64,000 bases of DNA from Bryobacterales bacterium (GCA_965206025.1 CBDBIU010000002.1:259432-323431); one strand, 5' to 3'. Shown: positions 48,858 to 60,961, counted from the first letter of the stretch. The notes: generated from the letters alone by a model not told the origin. Numbers and translations are program-made.

Positions 48858-49697
48858 ATGAAGGTCGCCGTGGCCGTGTCGAGCCGAAGGGTCGTTTCGA
48901 GCCCCGCCAACAATCTGCTGAAGGACGTCCGCCGTTCGGTCGCCCAAGGCACGCTCACCGCGGACGGATTGTGGGTGGCGGAGAACTTCCACCTTCTCGA
49001 AGAAGCGTTGCGAAGCGACCTCGAAGTACCGACGGTTCTCGCCTCGACAAAGGTCCAGGGCGCTGTCGAACGCCATGTCGGCAAGCTGAAAAGCGTCCGC
49101 CTGACCGTAGTCGCCGAGCCGCTGTTCCGGCGGATCGCCGGAACCGAGTCCACGCAGGGAGTTATCTCGCTGGTGCGTCCGCCGGCTTGGCGGCTGCAGG
49201 ATGTGTTTCGACGCTCCCCGCTGGTGGTTGCCCTAGACGGATTGCAAGACCCCGGCAACGCTGGAGCGATCGTGCGCTCGGCCGAGGCCTTTGGCGCGAC
49301 GGGGGTCATTTTCCTGGCCGGTACGGCAAGCCCGTTCAACGCCAAGACCTTGCGCGCTTCCGCCGGATCGCTGTTTCGAGTGCCTTTTGTGTTCGGCATC
49401 GACACGAAGATCGTCCGGGCAGCGTTCCGCCAGCGAAAAATCCAAAGGGTGGCGGCCACGCCCCGCGCCAAGCTGCAACTCGACCGCTATGGGTGGAATG
49501 CGCCCACCGTGCTCATGATCGGATCGGAGGCTCACGGCGTGAGCGAAACTTTCCTGCAAGGCGTCCAACGGATTCGCGTTCCCACCACGGGCGTCGAATC
49601 ACTAAACGCCGCCGCGGCCGCAGCGGTGATCCTCTACGAAGCGGCGCGGCAAAGAGCGCGGGGTGACTTAGGCGAAACCGCCCGGCGCGGCCGATGA
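48858..49697 (+). CDS. TrmH/SpoU-family RNA 2'-O-methyltransferase
   Basis: LQDPGNAGAIVRSAEAFG, LMIGSEAHGVS, ESLNAAAAAAVILYE. Confidence 0.8.
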   Translation: MKVAVAVSSRRVVSSPANNLLKDVRRSVAQGTLTADGLWVAENFHLLEEALRSDLEVPTVLASTKVQGAVERHVGKLKSVRLTVVAEPLFRRIAGTESTQGVISLVRPPAWRLQDVFRRSPLVVALDGLQDPGNAGAIVRSAEAFGATGVIFLAGTASPFNAKTLRASAGSLFRVPFVFGIDTKIVRAAFRQRKIQRVAATPRAKLQLDRYGWNAPTVLMIGSEAHGVSETFLQGVQRIRVPTTGVESLNAAAAAAVILYEAARQRARGDLGETARRGR

Positions 49698-51019
49698 GCC
49701 TATTCGAACCCATCGACGCAAAGCTCGACAGCACGGACCCGACTCGTCCTTTGGCCGAGCGGATGCGCCCCCAGACGCTGGATGAGTTTGTTGGACAGGA
49801 GCACATTCTTGGGCCCGGAAAACCCTTGCGCCTTCAGGTCGAACGCGACCGGCTGAGCTCGATCATCCTTTGGGGTCCTCCCGGCGTGGGGAAGACGACG
49901 CTGGCGCGGATCATTGCCAAGAAGACTCACTGCGTATTCGTTCCCTTCAGCGCGGTGCTGAGCAGCATCAAGACGGTAAAGGCCGTCATGGCCGACGCCG
50001 AGCGGATGCGCCGGCAAGGCCCTCGCACCATCGTCTTCGTCGACGAGATTCACCGTTTCAACAAAGCCCAGCAGGACGCCTTTCTGCCCTACGTCGAGCG
50101 AGGCGACATCACTTTGATCGGGGCGACGACCGAAAACCCCTCGTTCGAAATCATCTCGGCTCTGCTGTCGCGCACCAAGGTTTACATTCTGCGAGCGCTG
50201 ACGGTGGAAGAGATGACGCGAATCTTGCGTCGCGCTCTGGAAGACAACCAGCGAGGGTTGGGGCAAGCCGATTCGACGGTCGGCGACGATATGCTCGAGC
50301 GGATGGCGCTGTTTTCGAACGGCGACGCCCGGAACGCCCTGCAGACCCTCGAAACCGCTGTCGCGGCGGCGGCCGGCTCACCGATCACCGAAGAGCTGCT
50401 CGAGAACGTTTTGCAGCGCAAGATGCTGCCCTACGACAAGGCCGGGGAAGAACACTACAACCTGATTTCGGCGCTGCACAAATCCGTTCGCTCGAGCGAT
50501 CCCGACGCCGCTTTGTACTGGCTGGTGCGCATGCTCGAAGCCGGTGAAGACCGGCTTTACATTGCACGCCGGCTGGCAAGGATGGCTTTTGAAGACATCG
50601 GCCTCGCCGACCCGCGCGCACTGGAACAAGCCATGGCGGGGGTCGAGGCGTTTCGCTTCATCGGCGAGCCGGAAGGCGACCTTGTGCTGGCGCAGGTGGC
50701 GGTCTACCTGGCGATGGCCCCCAAATCCGACGCCGTCTATGGCGCCTACAACCGCGTCAAGCAGGATGTCGAGGGGGCCGCGGCCGAGCCCGTGCCGATG
50801 CAGCTTCGCAACGCTCCCACGAAACTCATGAAAGACTCGGGGTACGGGGAAGGCTACCGCCACGCCCACCAATTCGAGGATGCCGTCACGGACATGGAGT
50901 GCCTGCCCGACTCCCTGCGCGGACGCCGCTACTACTCCCCGACCGGCCGCGGCTTCGAGAAGCGAATTGCCGAAAAGCTGGAGGAGCTTCGCAAGAGAAA
51001 GGGTCACGAGGACGAGTAG
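49694..51019 (+). CDS. rarA: Replication-associated recombination protein A (AAA+ ATPase)
   Basis: LAERMRPQTLDEFVGQEHILG, ILWGPPGVGKTTLARIIA, VFVDEIHRFNKAQQD. Confidence 0.9.
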   Translation: MSLFEPIDAKLDSTDPTRPLAERMRPQTLDEFVGQEHILGPGKPLRLQVERDRLSSIILWGPPGVGKTTLARIIAKKTHCVFVPFSAVLSSIKTVKAVMADAERMRRQGPRTIVFVDEIHRFNKAQQDAFLPYVERGDITLIGATTENPSFEIISALLSRTKVYILRALTVEEMTRILRRALEDNQRGLGQADSTVGDDMLERMALFSNGDARNALQTLETAVAAAAGSPITEELLENVLQRKMLPYDKAGEEHYNLISALHKSVRSSDPDAALYWLVRMLEAGEDRLYIARRLARMAFEDIGLADPRALEQAMAGVEAFRFIGEPEGDLVLAQVAVYLAMAPKSDAVYGAYNRVKQDVEGAAAEPVPMQLRNAPTKLMKDSGYGEGYRHAHQFEDAVTDMECLPDSLRGRRYYSPTGRGFEKRIAEKLEELRKRKGHEDE

Positions 51020-51175
51020 CGGATACGCCTCCGCCACGCCGTAAGACGACCGATGTCCAGCGATGCGCGATTCGTTCGGGGCCGCCAGGGGGTCCCGCCC
51101 CGCTTCCAGCGGCGATTCTTCTGTGGCGCATCCACTTTCCCCTTGACAGCCGAAAGAAAATCTAGCGTACTGTAA

Positions 51176-51193
51176 ACATACCGTACAGTATGT
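51176..51193. promoter_or_regulatory. Candidate TetR operator 1 (imperfect palindrome)
   Basis: ACATACCGTACAGTATGT lies 30 nt upstream of the tetR-family start, nested in TACTGTA-N9-TACAGTA. TTGACA at 51143-51148. Near-identical to the site at 51892 in inverted orientation. Confidence 0.55.
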
Positions 51194-51222
51194 AAATTAG
51201 CTGAGCATCAGGAAATCCAGCC

Positions 51223-51846
51223 GTGGCCGTCAAGCAAAACCCGGAACAGACACGCCAGAGGATCTTGGCCGCGGCGTTCGAGGAAGTCTATCGCAACGGC
51301 TTCCGCAGTGCCAGCTTGGAGCGTATCCTAGCTGACACGGGCCTGACCAAGGGGGCTCTCTACCACCACTTTCCGCACAAGGACGCTCTGGGGCACGCTG
51401 TCATCGACGAGGTCCTGCACCGACAGATCTGGGACCGGTGGATCGAGCCCATGTTGCAGAACGAGGATCCGATCACGGGCCTGCAGAGCGCTCTTCGCGG
51501 GCTGACAGCCGATGAAGTGAAGTTTGTGTGTGAAAAAGGATGTCCACTCAACAACTTAGCGCAGGAAATGTCTCCGGTGGACCCCGTCTTTCGGGAAAAA
51601 ATTCAGGCCATCTACCGCCTGTGGCGGGAAAAAATCGGAGAGGCGCTGGCGCGCGGCCAAGGGCGGGGCTACGTTCGCGAAGACATCGATTGCGGCAAGA
51701 CGGCCACATTCATTATCTCTTCCCTAGAGGGTGCGGCCGGCCTCGCTAAGGGCATGGGTGAGCCGGCTGTTGTCGCCGCCTGCGTGGAGGGAATCGACGG
51801 CTACTTGGAGTCACTCCGATCGCATCAACTAGTCCCCGTTAGCTGA
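51223..51846 (+). CDS. TetR/AcrR-family transcriptional regulator
   Basis: N-terminal HTH RQRILAAAFEEVYRNGFRSASLERILADTGLTKGALYHHF. GTG start. Confidence 0.85.
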   Translation: MAVKQNPEQTRQRILAAAFEEVYRNGFRSASLERILADTGLTKGALYHHFPHKDALGHAVIDEVLHRQIWDRWIEPMLQNEDPITGLQSALRGLTADEVKFVCEKGCPLNNLAQEMSPVDPVFREKIQAIYRLWREKIGEALARGQGRGYVREDIDCGKTATFIISSLEGAAGLAKGMGEPAVVAACVEGIDGYLESLRSHQLVPVS

Positions 51847-51891
51847 GAGACCATGATCCTATCCGTACGCAGAGACAAGGCTCACCCAATT

Positions 51892-51909
51892 ACATACTGT
51901 ATGGTATGG
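51892..51909. promoter_or_regulatory. Candidate TetR operator 2
   Basis: ACATACTGTATGGTATGG. Its reverse complement CATACCATACAGTATGTAA matches operator 1 (CATACCGTACAGTATGTAA) at all but one position. Lies 33 nt upstream of the RND gene. Confidence 0.55.
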
Positions 51910-51941
51910 AAATCGACTTCTGTTTTCAGGAGAAATAGGAG

Positions 51942-54305
51942 ATGAACGAACAGAAAGATTCCTCGACACTTGCCGAGCGCTACTCCGCTTGGGTGATGCG
52001 CCGTCGCTGGTTCGTGCTTGCAGTCTCGCTGGCGATCGGAATGCTGGCCGCCAGTGGCGCGACTCGGCTGGGATTCATCGACGAGTACCGCGTTTTCTTT
52101 GGACCCGACAACCCACAGCTACTGGCCTTCGACGAAGTGGAAGCCATCTACACGAAGAACGACAACATCCTGATCGTCGTGGAAACGCCGGACAACAACG
52201 CCTTCAGCAGGCAGACTCTCGCAGTGGTCGAGGAAATCACAGCCGAAGCCTGGAAGATTCCCTTCGCCATCCGAGTCGATTCGCTGACCAACTTTCAGCA
52301 CACCTATGCCGAAGGCGAGGACGACCTGATCGTCGAGGACCTGGTCACGGAAGCGAACGGACTCAGCGCGGAGCAACTGGCTCAAAAAAAGGTCGTCGCG
52401 CTGAAGGAGCCGCAGGTGCTCAATCGCATGGTGACCCGCGCCGCCGATGTGGTCGGCATCAACGTAACCCTTCAGCTGCCGCGCAAGGAAGCCGACGAAA
52501 CGGCCCGCGCCGTGGCATTCGCTCGCGAGTTGGGCGCCCGGATCGAGGCGGAAAACCCCGGTTTCAAGATCCGCATGACGGGCATGGTCATGCTCAACAA
52601 CGCCTTTCAAGAGTCGGCGATGAAGGACATGGCAACGCTCACGCCGCTGATGTACGTGGTCATCATTCTCGTCATGGCGGTGCTTCTGCGGTCGGTTTCC
52701 GGCACCTTGGCAACCGTTTCGGTGATCGGCCTCTCGGTAACAAGCGGGCTCGGTCTTGCCGGCTGGGCTGGGATGTCCCTGACGCCGCCTTCGACCGCCT
52801 CGATCACCATGATCATGACGCTGGCGGTCGCCGACTCGATCCATGTGCTCGTATCGATGATCCAAGAGATGCGCCGCGGGAAAAGCAAGCGTGAGGCGAT
52901 CGCTGAAAGCCTTCGAATCAATTCGAACCCCGTCTTTCTGACCAGCATCACGACGGTCATCGGGTTCCTGAGCATGAACTTCAGTGAAGTGCCGCCGTTG
53001 CGTGATTTGGGCAACATCGCCGCCACGGGCGTTGCGGCGGCGTGGTTCTATTCGATGACTTTTCTGCCGGCCCTCATCTCGATCTTGCCGCTGAAAGTCA
53101 AGCAACGCGAGGAGCAAGCGGCGCCGGCGTTGGTAGACTCGCTGGCCGAGTTCGTTATTCGAAAGCGCAAAGCTCTGCTGGCGGGCGGCGCCGTCACCGC
53201 GCTGGCACTGGTGGGCATGCTGCCGTTGAACGATCTGAACGACCAGTTTGTCGACTACTTCGATCACTCGATGGCATTCCGCCAGGATTCAGACTTCGCC
53301 ATGGAGAAGTTGAGCGGCATCTACCAGATTCATTATTCGCTGGGCGCGGGGGAAAGCAGCGGCATCAGCGAGCCGAGCTACTTAGAAAAGTTGGAAGAGT
53401 TCGCCCAGTGGTATCGACGGCAGCCGGGCGTTGTTCACGTTTTCACCATCAGCGACGTGTTCAAACGGCTCAACATGAACATGCACGCCGATGCCGCCGA
53501 ATATTACCGCATTCCAGCCGGCCGCGAACTCGCGGCGCAGTACTTGCTGCTCTACGAAATGTCGCTTCCCTACGGACTGGACCTCAACGACACGATCAAC
53601 GTCGACAAATCGGCTACGCGGTTGATGGTCACCACGCAGAACGTCAAGTCGAAGCACCTAATCAACCTGGTGCAGTCGGGTGAGAGCTGGCTGCGGGAAA
53701 ACGCTCCGGCGCACATGTTCGCCCGCGGAGTGGGACCCGGCGTGATGTTCTCCTACATCTCGGCACGCAACATCCGCGGCATGCTGATCGGGACGCTGCT
53801 GGCCATCGGCTTGATCGGCGTTACGCTGATCGCCGCGCTGCGCAGCGTGAAGTACGGGCTGCTGAGCTTCCTGCCCAACCTGATTCCGGGCGCCATGGCC
53901 TTCGGGCTATGGGGAGGGCTCGTCGGGGAGGTGAACCTCGGCCTATCGATCGTCAGCGGCATGTGCATCGGGATCGTGGTCGACGACACGGTACACTTTC
54001 TCAGCAAATACATTCGCGCGAAGCAGGAACACGGGCTGTGCTGCGAAGACGCGGTTCGCTACGCCTTCAAGCGAGTGGGCGCGGCGCTCATCGTAACGTC
54101 AGTGGTACTCGCCGCCGGCTTCACGGTTCTGGCGCAATCCACGTTTGGATTCAACGGCGACATGGGCCAGATGGCGGCGATCATTGTCGTTATCGCCCTA
54201 ACCGCGGACTTGCTGCTGCTGCCTCCGCTGCTGATGCGGGTCGAAGGAGGTGATTCCCAGGCCGACAAGGAAAAACTACAACAGGTTGAGTCCGGCGTGG
54301 CCTGA
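51942..54305 (+). CDS. RND-superfamily exporter (MMPL/COG1033-type, two 6-TM bundles)
   Basis: 787 aa with two hydrophobic bundles separated by large loops. AGGAG RBS. Confidence 0.75.
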   Translation: MNEQKDSSTLAERYSAWVMRRRWFVLAVSLAIGMLAASGATRLGFIDEYRVFFGPDNPQLLAFDEVEAIYTKNDNILIVVETPDNNAFSRQTLAVVEEITAEAWKIPFAIRVDSLTNFQHTYAEGEDDLIVEDLVTEANGLSAEQLAQKKVVALKEPQVLNRMVTRAADVVGINVTLQLPRKEADETARAVAFARELGARIEAENPGFKIRMTGMVMLNNAFQESAMKDMATLTPLMYVVIILVMAVLLRSVSGTLATVSVIGLSVTSGLGLAGWAGMSLTPPSTASITMIMTLAVADSIHVLVSMIQEMRRGKSKREAIAESLRINSNPVFLTSITTVIGFLSMNFSEVPPLRDLGNIAATGVAAAWFYSMTFLPALISILPLKVKQREEQAAPALVDSLAEFVIRKRKALLAGGAVTALALVGMLPLNDLNDQFVDYFDHSMAFRQDSDFAMEKLSGIYQIHYSLGAGESSGISEPSYLEKLEEFAQWYRRQPGVVHVFTISDVFKRLNMNMHADAAEYYRIPAGRELAAQYLLLYEMSLPYGLDLNDTINVDKSATRLMVTTQNVKSKHLINLVQSGESWLRENAPAHMFARGVGPGVMFSYISARNIRGMLIGTLLAIGLIGVTLIAALRSVKYGLLSFLPNLIPGAMAFGLWGGLVGEVNLGLSIVSGMCIGIVVDDTVHFLSKYIRAKQEHGLCCEDAVRYAFKRVGAALIVTSVVLAAGFTVLAQSTFGFNGDMGQMAAIIVVIALTADLLLLPPLLMRVEGGDSQADKEKLQQVESGVA

Positions 54306-54346
54306 CGCCCCGCGAGCCCACAATCACTACGATCAGGAGAAACAAC

Positions 54347-55147
54347 ATGAGCAACAAAAGATTGACCACGATGACTGTAGTCCCCGTCTTGACGATGGCG
54401 CTGCTCGCCCCGCCGCTGCCGGCGGCAAGTGTCGAGGAGCGAGGCCACCAGATCGCCGCCGAGTGGGACAGGCGAGACACGGGCTGGAAAAACATGACCG
54501 CAAATCTGCAAATGGTACTCCGCAATCGACACGGCCAAGAAAGCACGCGCCGGCTGCGGACCAAGTCGCTTGAGATGGAAGGTGACGGAGACAAGCTGTT
54601 GATAACGTTCGATCACCCGCGCGACGTGAAGGGAACCAACTTCCTAAGCTTCACGCATGTCACCGGGCCGGACGACCAATGGCTCTATTTGCCCGCGCTC
54701 AAGCGGATCAAGCGCATCGCGTCGAACAACAAGTCCGGCCCTTTCATGGGCAGCGAGTTCGCCTACGAGGACCTAGCTTCGCAGGAAGTCGACAAATACA
54801 CTTACAAGTTCTTGCGGGAAGAGACGGTAAACGGGCGACCGGCGTACGCGGTCGAACGCGTCCCTATCGACAAGAAGTCCGGTTACACGCGTCAAGAAGT
54901 CTGGTTTGACAAAGAGACTTACCGGCCCGAGCAGATCAAGTACTACGATCGCAAAGGCGACCTGCTCAAGACGCTCGCCTTCAGCAAATACAAGCAGTAC
55001 GTCGACGAATACTGGCGGCCGGACGAACAGTTCATGGAGAACCACCAGACCGGCAAGAGCACCCTCCTCGTCTGGGAGAACTATCAATTTCAGACCGGGC
55101 TCGTCGACCGCGACTTCGATCGCAACAGCCTGCGCCGGGCGAGGTAA
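54347..55147 (+). CDS. LolA-like outer membrane lipoprotein-sorting protein
   Basis: Signal peptide. DDQWLYLPALKRIKRIASNNKSGPFMGSEFAYEDL is typical of the LolA-like family that accompanies COG1033 exporters. Confidence 0.65.
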   Translation: MSNKRLTTMTVVPVLTMALLAPPLPAASVEERGHQIAAEWDRRDTGWKNMTANLQMVLRNRHGQESTRRLRTKSLEMEGDGDKLLITFDHPRDVKGTNFLSFTHVTGPDDQWLYLPALKRIKRIASNNKSGPFMGSEFAYEDLASQEVDKYTYKFLREETVNGRPAYAVERVPIDKKSGYTRQEVWFDKETYRPEQIKYYDRKGDLLKTLAFSKYKQYVDEYWRPDEQFMENHQTGKSTLLVWENYQFQTGLVDRDFDRNSLRRAR

Positions 55148-55154
55148 TCCTCGA

Positions 55155-56366
55155 ATGACCTCCCCAGGACGCGGGGCGCCGCCGCGGCTCGCCCTGCTAC
55201 TTCTGGCGCTGACGGCATCGCACGCCCACGCCTGGGAGTTCAGCGGTGAACTCGGCGTGGAAGGCCGGTTGTTTCCCCAAGACAGCCCGCGGGAAGAGGT
55301 CGGCTATCGCGCGAACGTCTCCGTCATGGCAGAGCCGGAATTTTACCAGGACTGGGACAACGGCAAGCAGTCGTTCACGTTCACGCCATTCGCGCGCGTT
55401 GATCAGCGCGATGCGAATCGAACCCACTTCGACATTCGCGAACTCACTTGGCAATACAGCGAGCGAAGTTGGGAGTTGCGAGTTGGGATACGAAAACTCT
55501 TCTGGGGGGTGGCCGAATCCAACCACTTGGCCGACATCATCAACCAGACTGATCTCGTCGAGAACCTGGACGGCGAGGAGAAGCTCGGCCAGCCCATGGT
55601 CAACTTCGCGCTTATCAAGAACTGGGGAACGCTCGACTTTTTCGTGCTGCCGGGATTCCGTGAACGGACCTTCTTCGCGCCGGACGGCCGCCCAGGCGTC
55701 CCCTTCCCGTTCGACCACCGCAACGCTACATTCGACTCCCGAAAGGGTAGAGGCCACGTCGACTTCGCGGCCCGTTGGTTTCATTCATTCGGGCCGGCCG
55801 ACATCGGCATCTATCACTTCCGCGGCACGAGCCGCGACCCGCGTTTTTTTTCGAGTGATCTCGGCGACGGAAGAACCGTCTTCCGTCCCCACTACGACCT
55901 CATCAACCAAACCGGCCTGGATCTTCAGATCACAACGGGTGGCTGGCTGTGGAAACTCGAAACCATCAACCGCCATGGCCAGGGCGACCGTTTCCTGGCT
56001 CTCGTCGGCGGCTTCGAGTACACCTTCGGGAACATCAAGGCTTCGGGGATTGACCTCGGAGTGCTGGCCGAATACAACTTCGACGAGCGCGATGAGGAAG
56101 CCTTGACGCCCCTCGAAGATGACATCTTCTTCGGCTTCCGGGTCGCGTTTAACGACGTCCAAGACACGCAACTGTTGGCGGGAGCGGCGATTGACCGGGA
56201 ATCGGGAGCGAGTTTCGTGAACATCGAAGCCGCCCGGAGATTCGGTTCTCGTTGGACGCTCGACGTCCAGGCGCGTATGTTCGTCGGCGTTCCACCCGGC
56301 GATCTATTCTTGTTCGGCATCCGCAATGACGATTACCTCCAGGCAACCTGGTCGCTTCATTTCTGA
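55155..56366 (+). CDS. Putative outer-membrane beta-barrel protein
   Basis: Signal peptide ...LLLLALTASHAHA, alternating amphipathic strands, C-terminal ...TWSLHF (terminal Phe). Confidence 0.55.
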   Translation: MTSPGRGAPPRLALLLLALTASHAHAWEFSGELGVEGRLFPQDSPREEVGYRANVSVMAEPEFYQDWDNGKQSFTFTPFARVDQRDANRTHFDIRELTWQYSERSWELRVGIRKLFWGVAESNHLADIINQTDLVENLDGEEKLGQPMVNFALIKNWGTLDFFVLPGFRERTFFAPDGRPGVPFPFDHRNATFDSRKGRGHVDFAARWFHSFGPADIGIYHFRGTSRDPRFFSSDLGDGRTVFRPHYDLINQTGLDLQITTGGWLWKLETINRHGQGDRFLALVGGFEYTFGNIKASGIDLGVLAEYNFDERDEEALTPLEDDIFFGFRVAFNDVQDTQLLAGAAIDRESGASFVNIEAARRFGSRWTLDVQARMFVGVPPGDLFLFGIRNDDYLQATWSLHF

Positions 56367-56392
56367 CCCCGCTCACGGCCTACCACCACATC

Positions 56393-56442
56393 TAGCCCGC
56401 ATTTCTCACCAGTTGAGGGTCGAAGCACGTTATAGCCCGCCC
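56393..56442 (+). repeat. Truncated left end of the MITE-like element
   Basis: TAGCCCGCATTTCTCACCAGTTGAGGGTCGAAGCACGTTATAGCCCGCC matches the first ~50 nt of the full copies, then diverges. Confidence 0.6.
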
Positions 56443-56877
56443 GGCGGCAAAGCTACTTTTGTACCCGACTGGTCCGATTCGTCGAATTTGCGCATCCGAC
56501 CGCCCCGCCGTACGCGAAACCAACTTGAAAATCACTGATTCCCTTTGGGTTACACGAAGTTGGGTTTGTTTGGTAATTCTTGTTGTCTCGTTGGTTCGCG
56601 GCTTCCGGCGACCCGTGCTCGAGTAGGCCCCGAATGCTTCGTGTACTCAATTACATTGTACCTTGCCGATCCAAGGAGGCCCCGGTGCCGATGGGGCTAA
56701 ACTGCTTTTAGTGAGACACTTAGGGTGTATGACATGGACCCCTCGTTTCTCGCCGCCGGGCGGCCGAAGCAGGCCATACACCCGCCGTCTGGTGACGACT
56801 CAAAGTAGGGACAAGGCTCGCGCTTGTCCTCCATCAACTGCCGGTCACGCTTGCCGCCCGCGCGGGCGTCTTCTACC

Positions 56878-57852
56878 ATGGGTCTAGAGGACTTCTTTTT
56901 GCGAATTGTGGTTTCAGGCGCGGCCGGGTTTGTCGCGTCCCATCTCTGCGACCGCCTTCTGGCCGAGGGCCACCAGGTGGTTGGGCTCGATGATTTCTCC
57001 ACCGGCCGGGAAGAAAATGTCGAGCACCTGCGGTCAAACTCGGAATTCGAAGTCCTCGAGCAGGACGTCTCACGGCCGTTTGAGGTCTCCGACCCTGTAG
57101 ACCTCGTTTTCCACGTGGCCTCGCCGGCCAGCCCGTTCGACTATCTGAATCTTCCCATCGAAACCTTACTGGTCGGGTCGGCCGGGACCAAAAATCTTCT
57201 CGATCTCGCGCACCGTAAGGGGGCGGGATTCTTGTTGGCCTCGACGTCGGAGTGTTACGGCGATCCGCAAGAACATCCGCAGTCGGAGACCTATTGGGGG
57301 CACGTCAACCCCGTCGGACCGCGATCGGTGTACGACGAAGCCAAGCGCTTCGCCGAGGCGCTGACGATGGCCTATCACCGCAAGTACGGCCTCAATACGC
57401 ACATCGCCCGCATCTTCAACACTTACGGGCCCCGTATGAAGCTCAACGATGGGAGAGTCGTGCCCGCCTTCCTCGACCAGGCGCTACACGGCAAACCCCT
57501 GACCGTCTTCGGGAACGGCTCCCAGACTCGCAGCTTCTGCTATGTCTCGGATTTGGTCGAAGGGCTCTGGCGCCTCATGCGAAGCGACGAGCATTTCCCG
57601 GTAAACCTTGGCAATCCCCAGGAGATGACCATCCTCCAGTTCGCTGACCTGATCCAACAACAAATGGGCACGGACCATGAGATCCAGTTTCTCCCCCTGC
57701 CGGAGGACGATCCCAAGCAACGCCGCCCGGATATCACGAAGGCTCAGACAGTGTTAGGTTGGCAGCCGCGGATAAGCTTGAAAGAGGGCCTGCGGCAGAC
57801 GATCGAATACTTCCGTTCCAAGGAACTAGTCGCCCCGACGGCCCGCCCATAG
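56878..57852 (+). CDS. UDP-glucuronate decarboxylase (UDP-xylose synthase), extended SDR
   Basis: [32 protein letters not shown] catalytic Yxxx[13 protein letters not shown]. Confidence 0.85.
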   Translation: MGLEDFFLRIVVSGAAGFVASHLCDRLLAEGHQVVGLDDFSTGREENVEHLRSNSEFEVLEQDVSRPFEVSDPVDLVFHVASPASPFDYLNLPIETLLVGSAGTKNLLDLAHRKGAGFLLASTSECYGDPQEHPQSETYWGHVNPVGPRSVYDEAKRFAEALTMAYHRKYGLNTHIARIFNTYGPRMKLNDGRVVPAFLDQALHGKPLTVFGNGSQTRSFCYVSDLVEGLWRLMRSDEHFPVNLGNPQEMTILQFADLIQQQMGTDHEIQFLPLPEDDPKQRRPDITKAQTVLGWQPRISLKEGLRQTIEYFRSKELVAPTARP

Positions 57853-57860
57853 TTCCCCAC

Positions 57861-58057
57861 TAGCCCGCATTTCTCACCACCTGACGGTCGAAGCACGCAA
57901 TAGGCCTGCCATTACTGCGTTGCGCTTGCTCGCCGTGCTCAACGTAGGGTTCAAGTACGCCCGCATTATTCAAGCAATGCGCACCGAGCGGCGCGCGCCT
58001 TGTACTGACGGGCCTCTCACGCACTTCGTCTCGCCACGCGGTGAGAAAAGCGGGCTA
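57861..58057 (+). mobile_element. MITE-like element, full copy C (197 bp)
   Basis: TAGCCCGCATTTCTCACCAC ... GCGGTGAGAAAAGCGGGCTA. TA-flanked, between the decarboxylase stop and the aspS stop. Confidence 0.75.
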
Positions 58058-58177
58058 ACTTACTTCCCAACAAAGGACAACAGAGTCGCCGGATCGATCC
58101 CGTTGCCTGACGGCAACAAGGCACAAGCAAGAGGAAAGATTACCGCCGGAGACGGCTTTGGAGGAAGGGGCGGTTCA

Positions 58178-60024
<1,847 letters not shown>

Positions 60025-60025
<1 letters not shown>

Positions 60026-60534
60026 TAGAGGCTCTCCCGATGTTTTTTGCTGAGACCCACGTAGCTCTGAGTTCGCCGCCGAACGCCCTCTCGCTCTTCG
60101 TCCCTCGTGGCTCGCCGCACCTTGGCGGGCACGCCCATCACGACACAGTTGGGCGGTATTTCGGCTCCTTCCACCACCAGGGATCCCGCGGCCACGATGG
60201 TTCCCTTCCCCACTCGGGCGCCGCTCAAGACGGTAGCTCCCATGCCGATTTGAGCCTCGTCCTCGACAACGCAGGCGTGCAGCGTCACCGAGTGGCCGAC
60301 GACAACCCGGTCGCCCAGCCGAAGAGGTTTGTCGCCATCGACGTGCAGGCAGCAGTTATCTTGGATGTTCGTCTCCTCCCCGATTTCGATACGGTTCACG
60401 TCGCCGCGCACGGTGGCGTTACACCACACACTCGAGCGCGCACCGATTCTCACCTCCCCGATCACTTCCGCGCTCGGATGGATAAAAGCCGAATCACTGA
60501 TCTCGGGGCGCCGGTCGCCGAACGGACGAATCAT
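60025..60534 (-). CDS. Gamma-carbonic-anhydrase-like hexapeptide-repeat protein (YrdA/PaaY type)
   Basis: 169-aa left-handed beta-helix repeats, ...[11 protein letters not shown]...GHSVTLHAC... Confidence 0.8.
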
Positions 60535-60961
60535 GGTTGACGAGATGGGGAGTTAACGGGGCGTTTCGATCCCAATGAGCCGACGGCTGCGCTCCTGTTA
60601 TCCCAGAACCCCGAGCACCGAGCCCGCAGAGTGAGCGAGCGGTCCGGAGATGAGGCCGCTCACCGTGGACGAATCCGCGCCCGACCCAACACCATCGCCC
60701 GGAAACGAGAACAGCGAGGACAAAGTTCCCGTTCCAGCTCAGGCAAAGGCCTAACTCGCTCTCTCTGTGCGTACAAATCTTTTGTTTTCAGTGCAAAGGG
60801 GATTACTCGCCCCTCCGCGTACAGCTTTCCAGCGTAACATACCCCGAGATCACCACTCTCCGACCGGTCGGGGATCACCTCCTGCCAAACTGGCCTACCA
60901 CCGCAATCAGAGGCAAGCTCAGGTGTGATATTTTCAAATAGATTACTCTTATTTACAGCTA

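Noticed and set aside
60640-60680. GGTCCGGAGATGAGGCCGC hairpin resembling the SRP RNA domain IV (GGUCCGGAAGGAAGCAGCC).
   Set aside because: It lacks the GGAA tetraloop context and the AGCAG/symmetric-loop residues, and there is no flanking helix 5.
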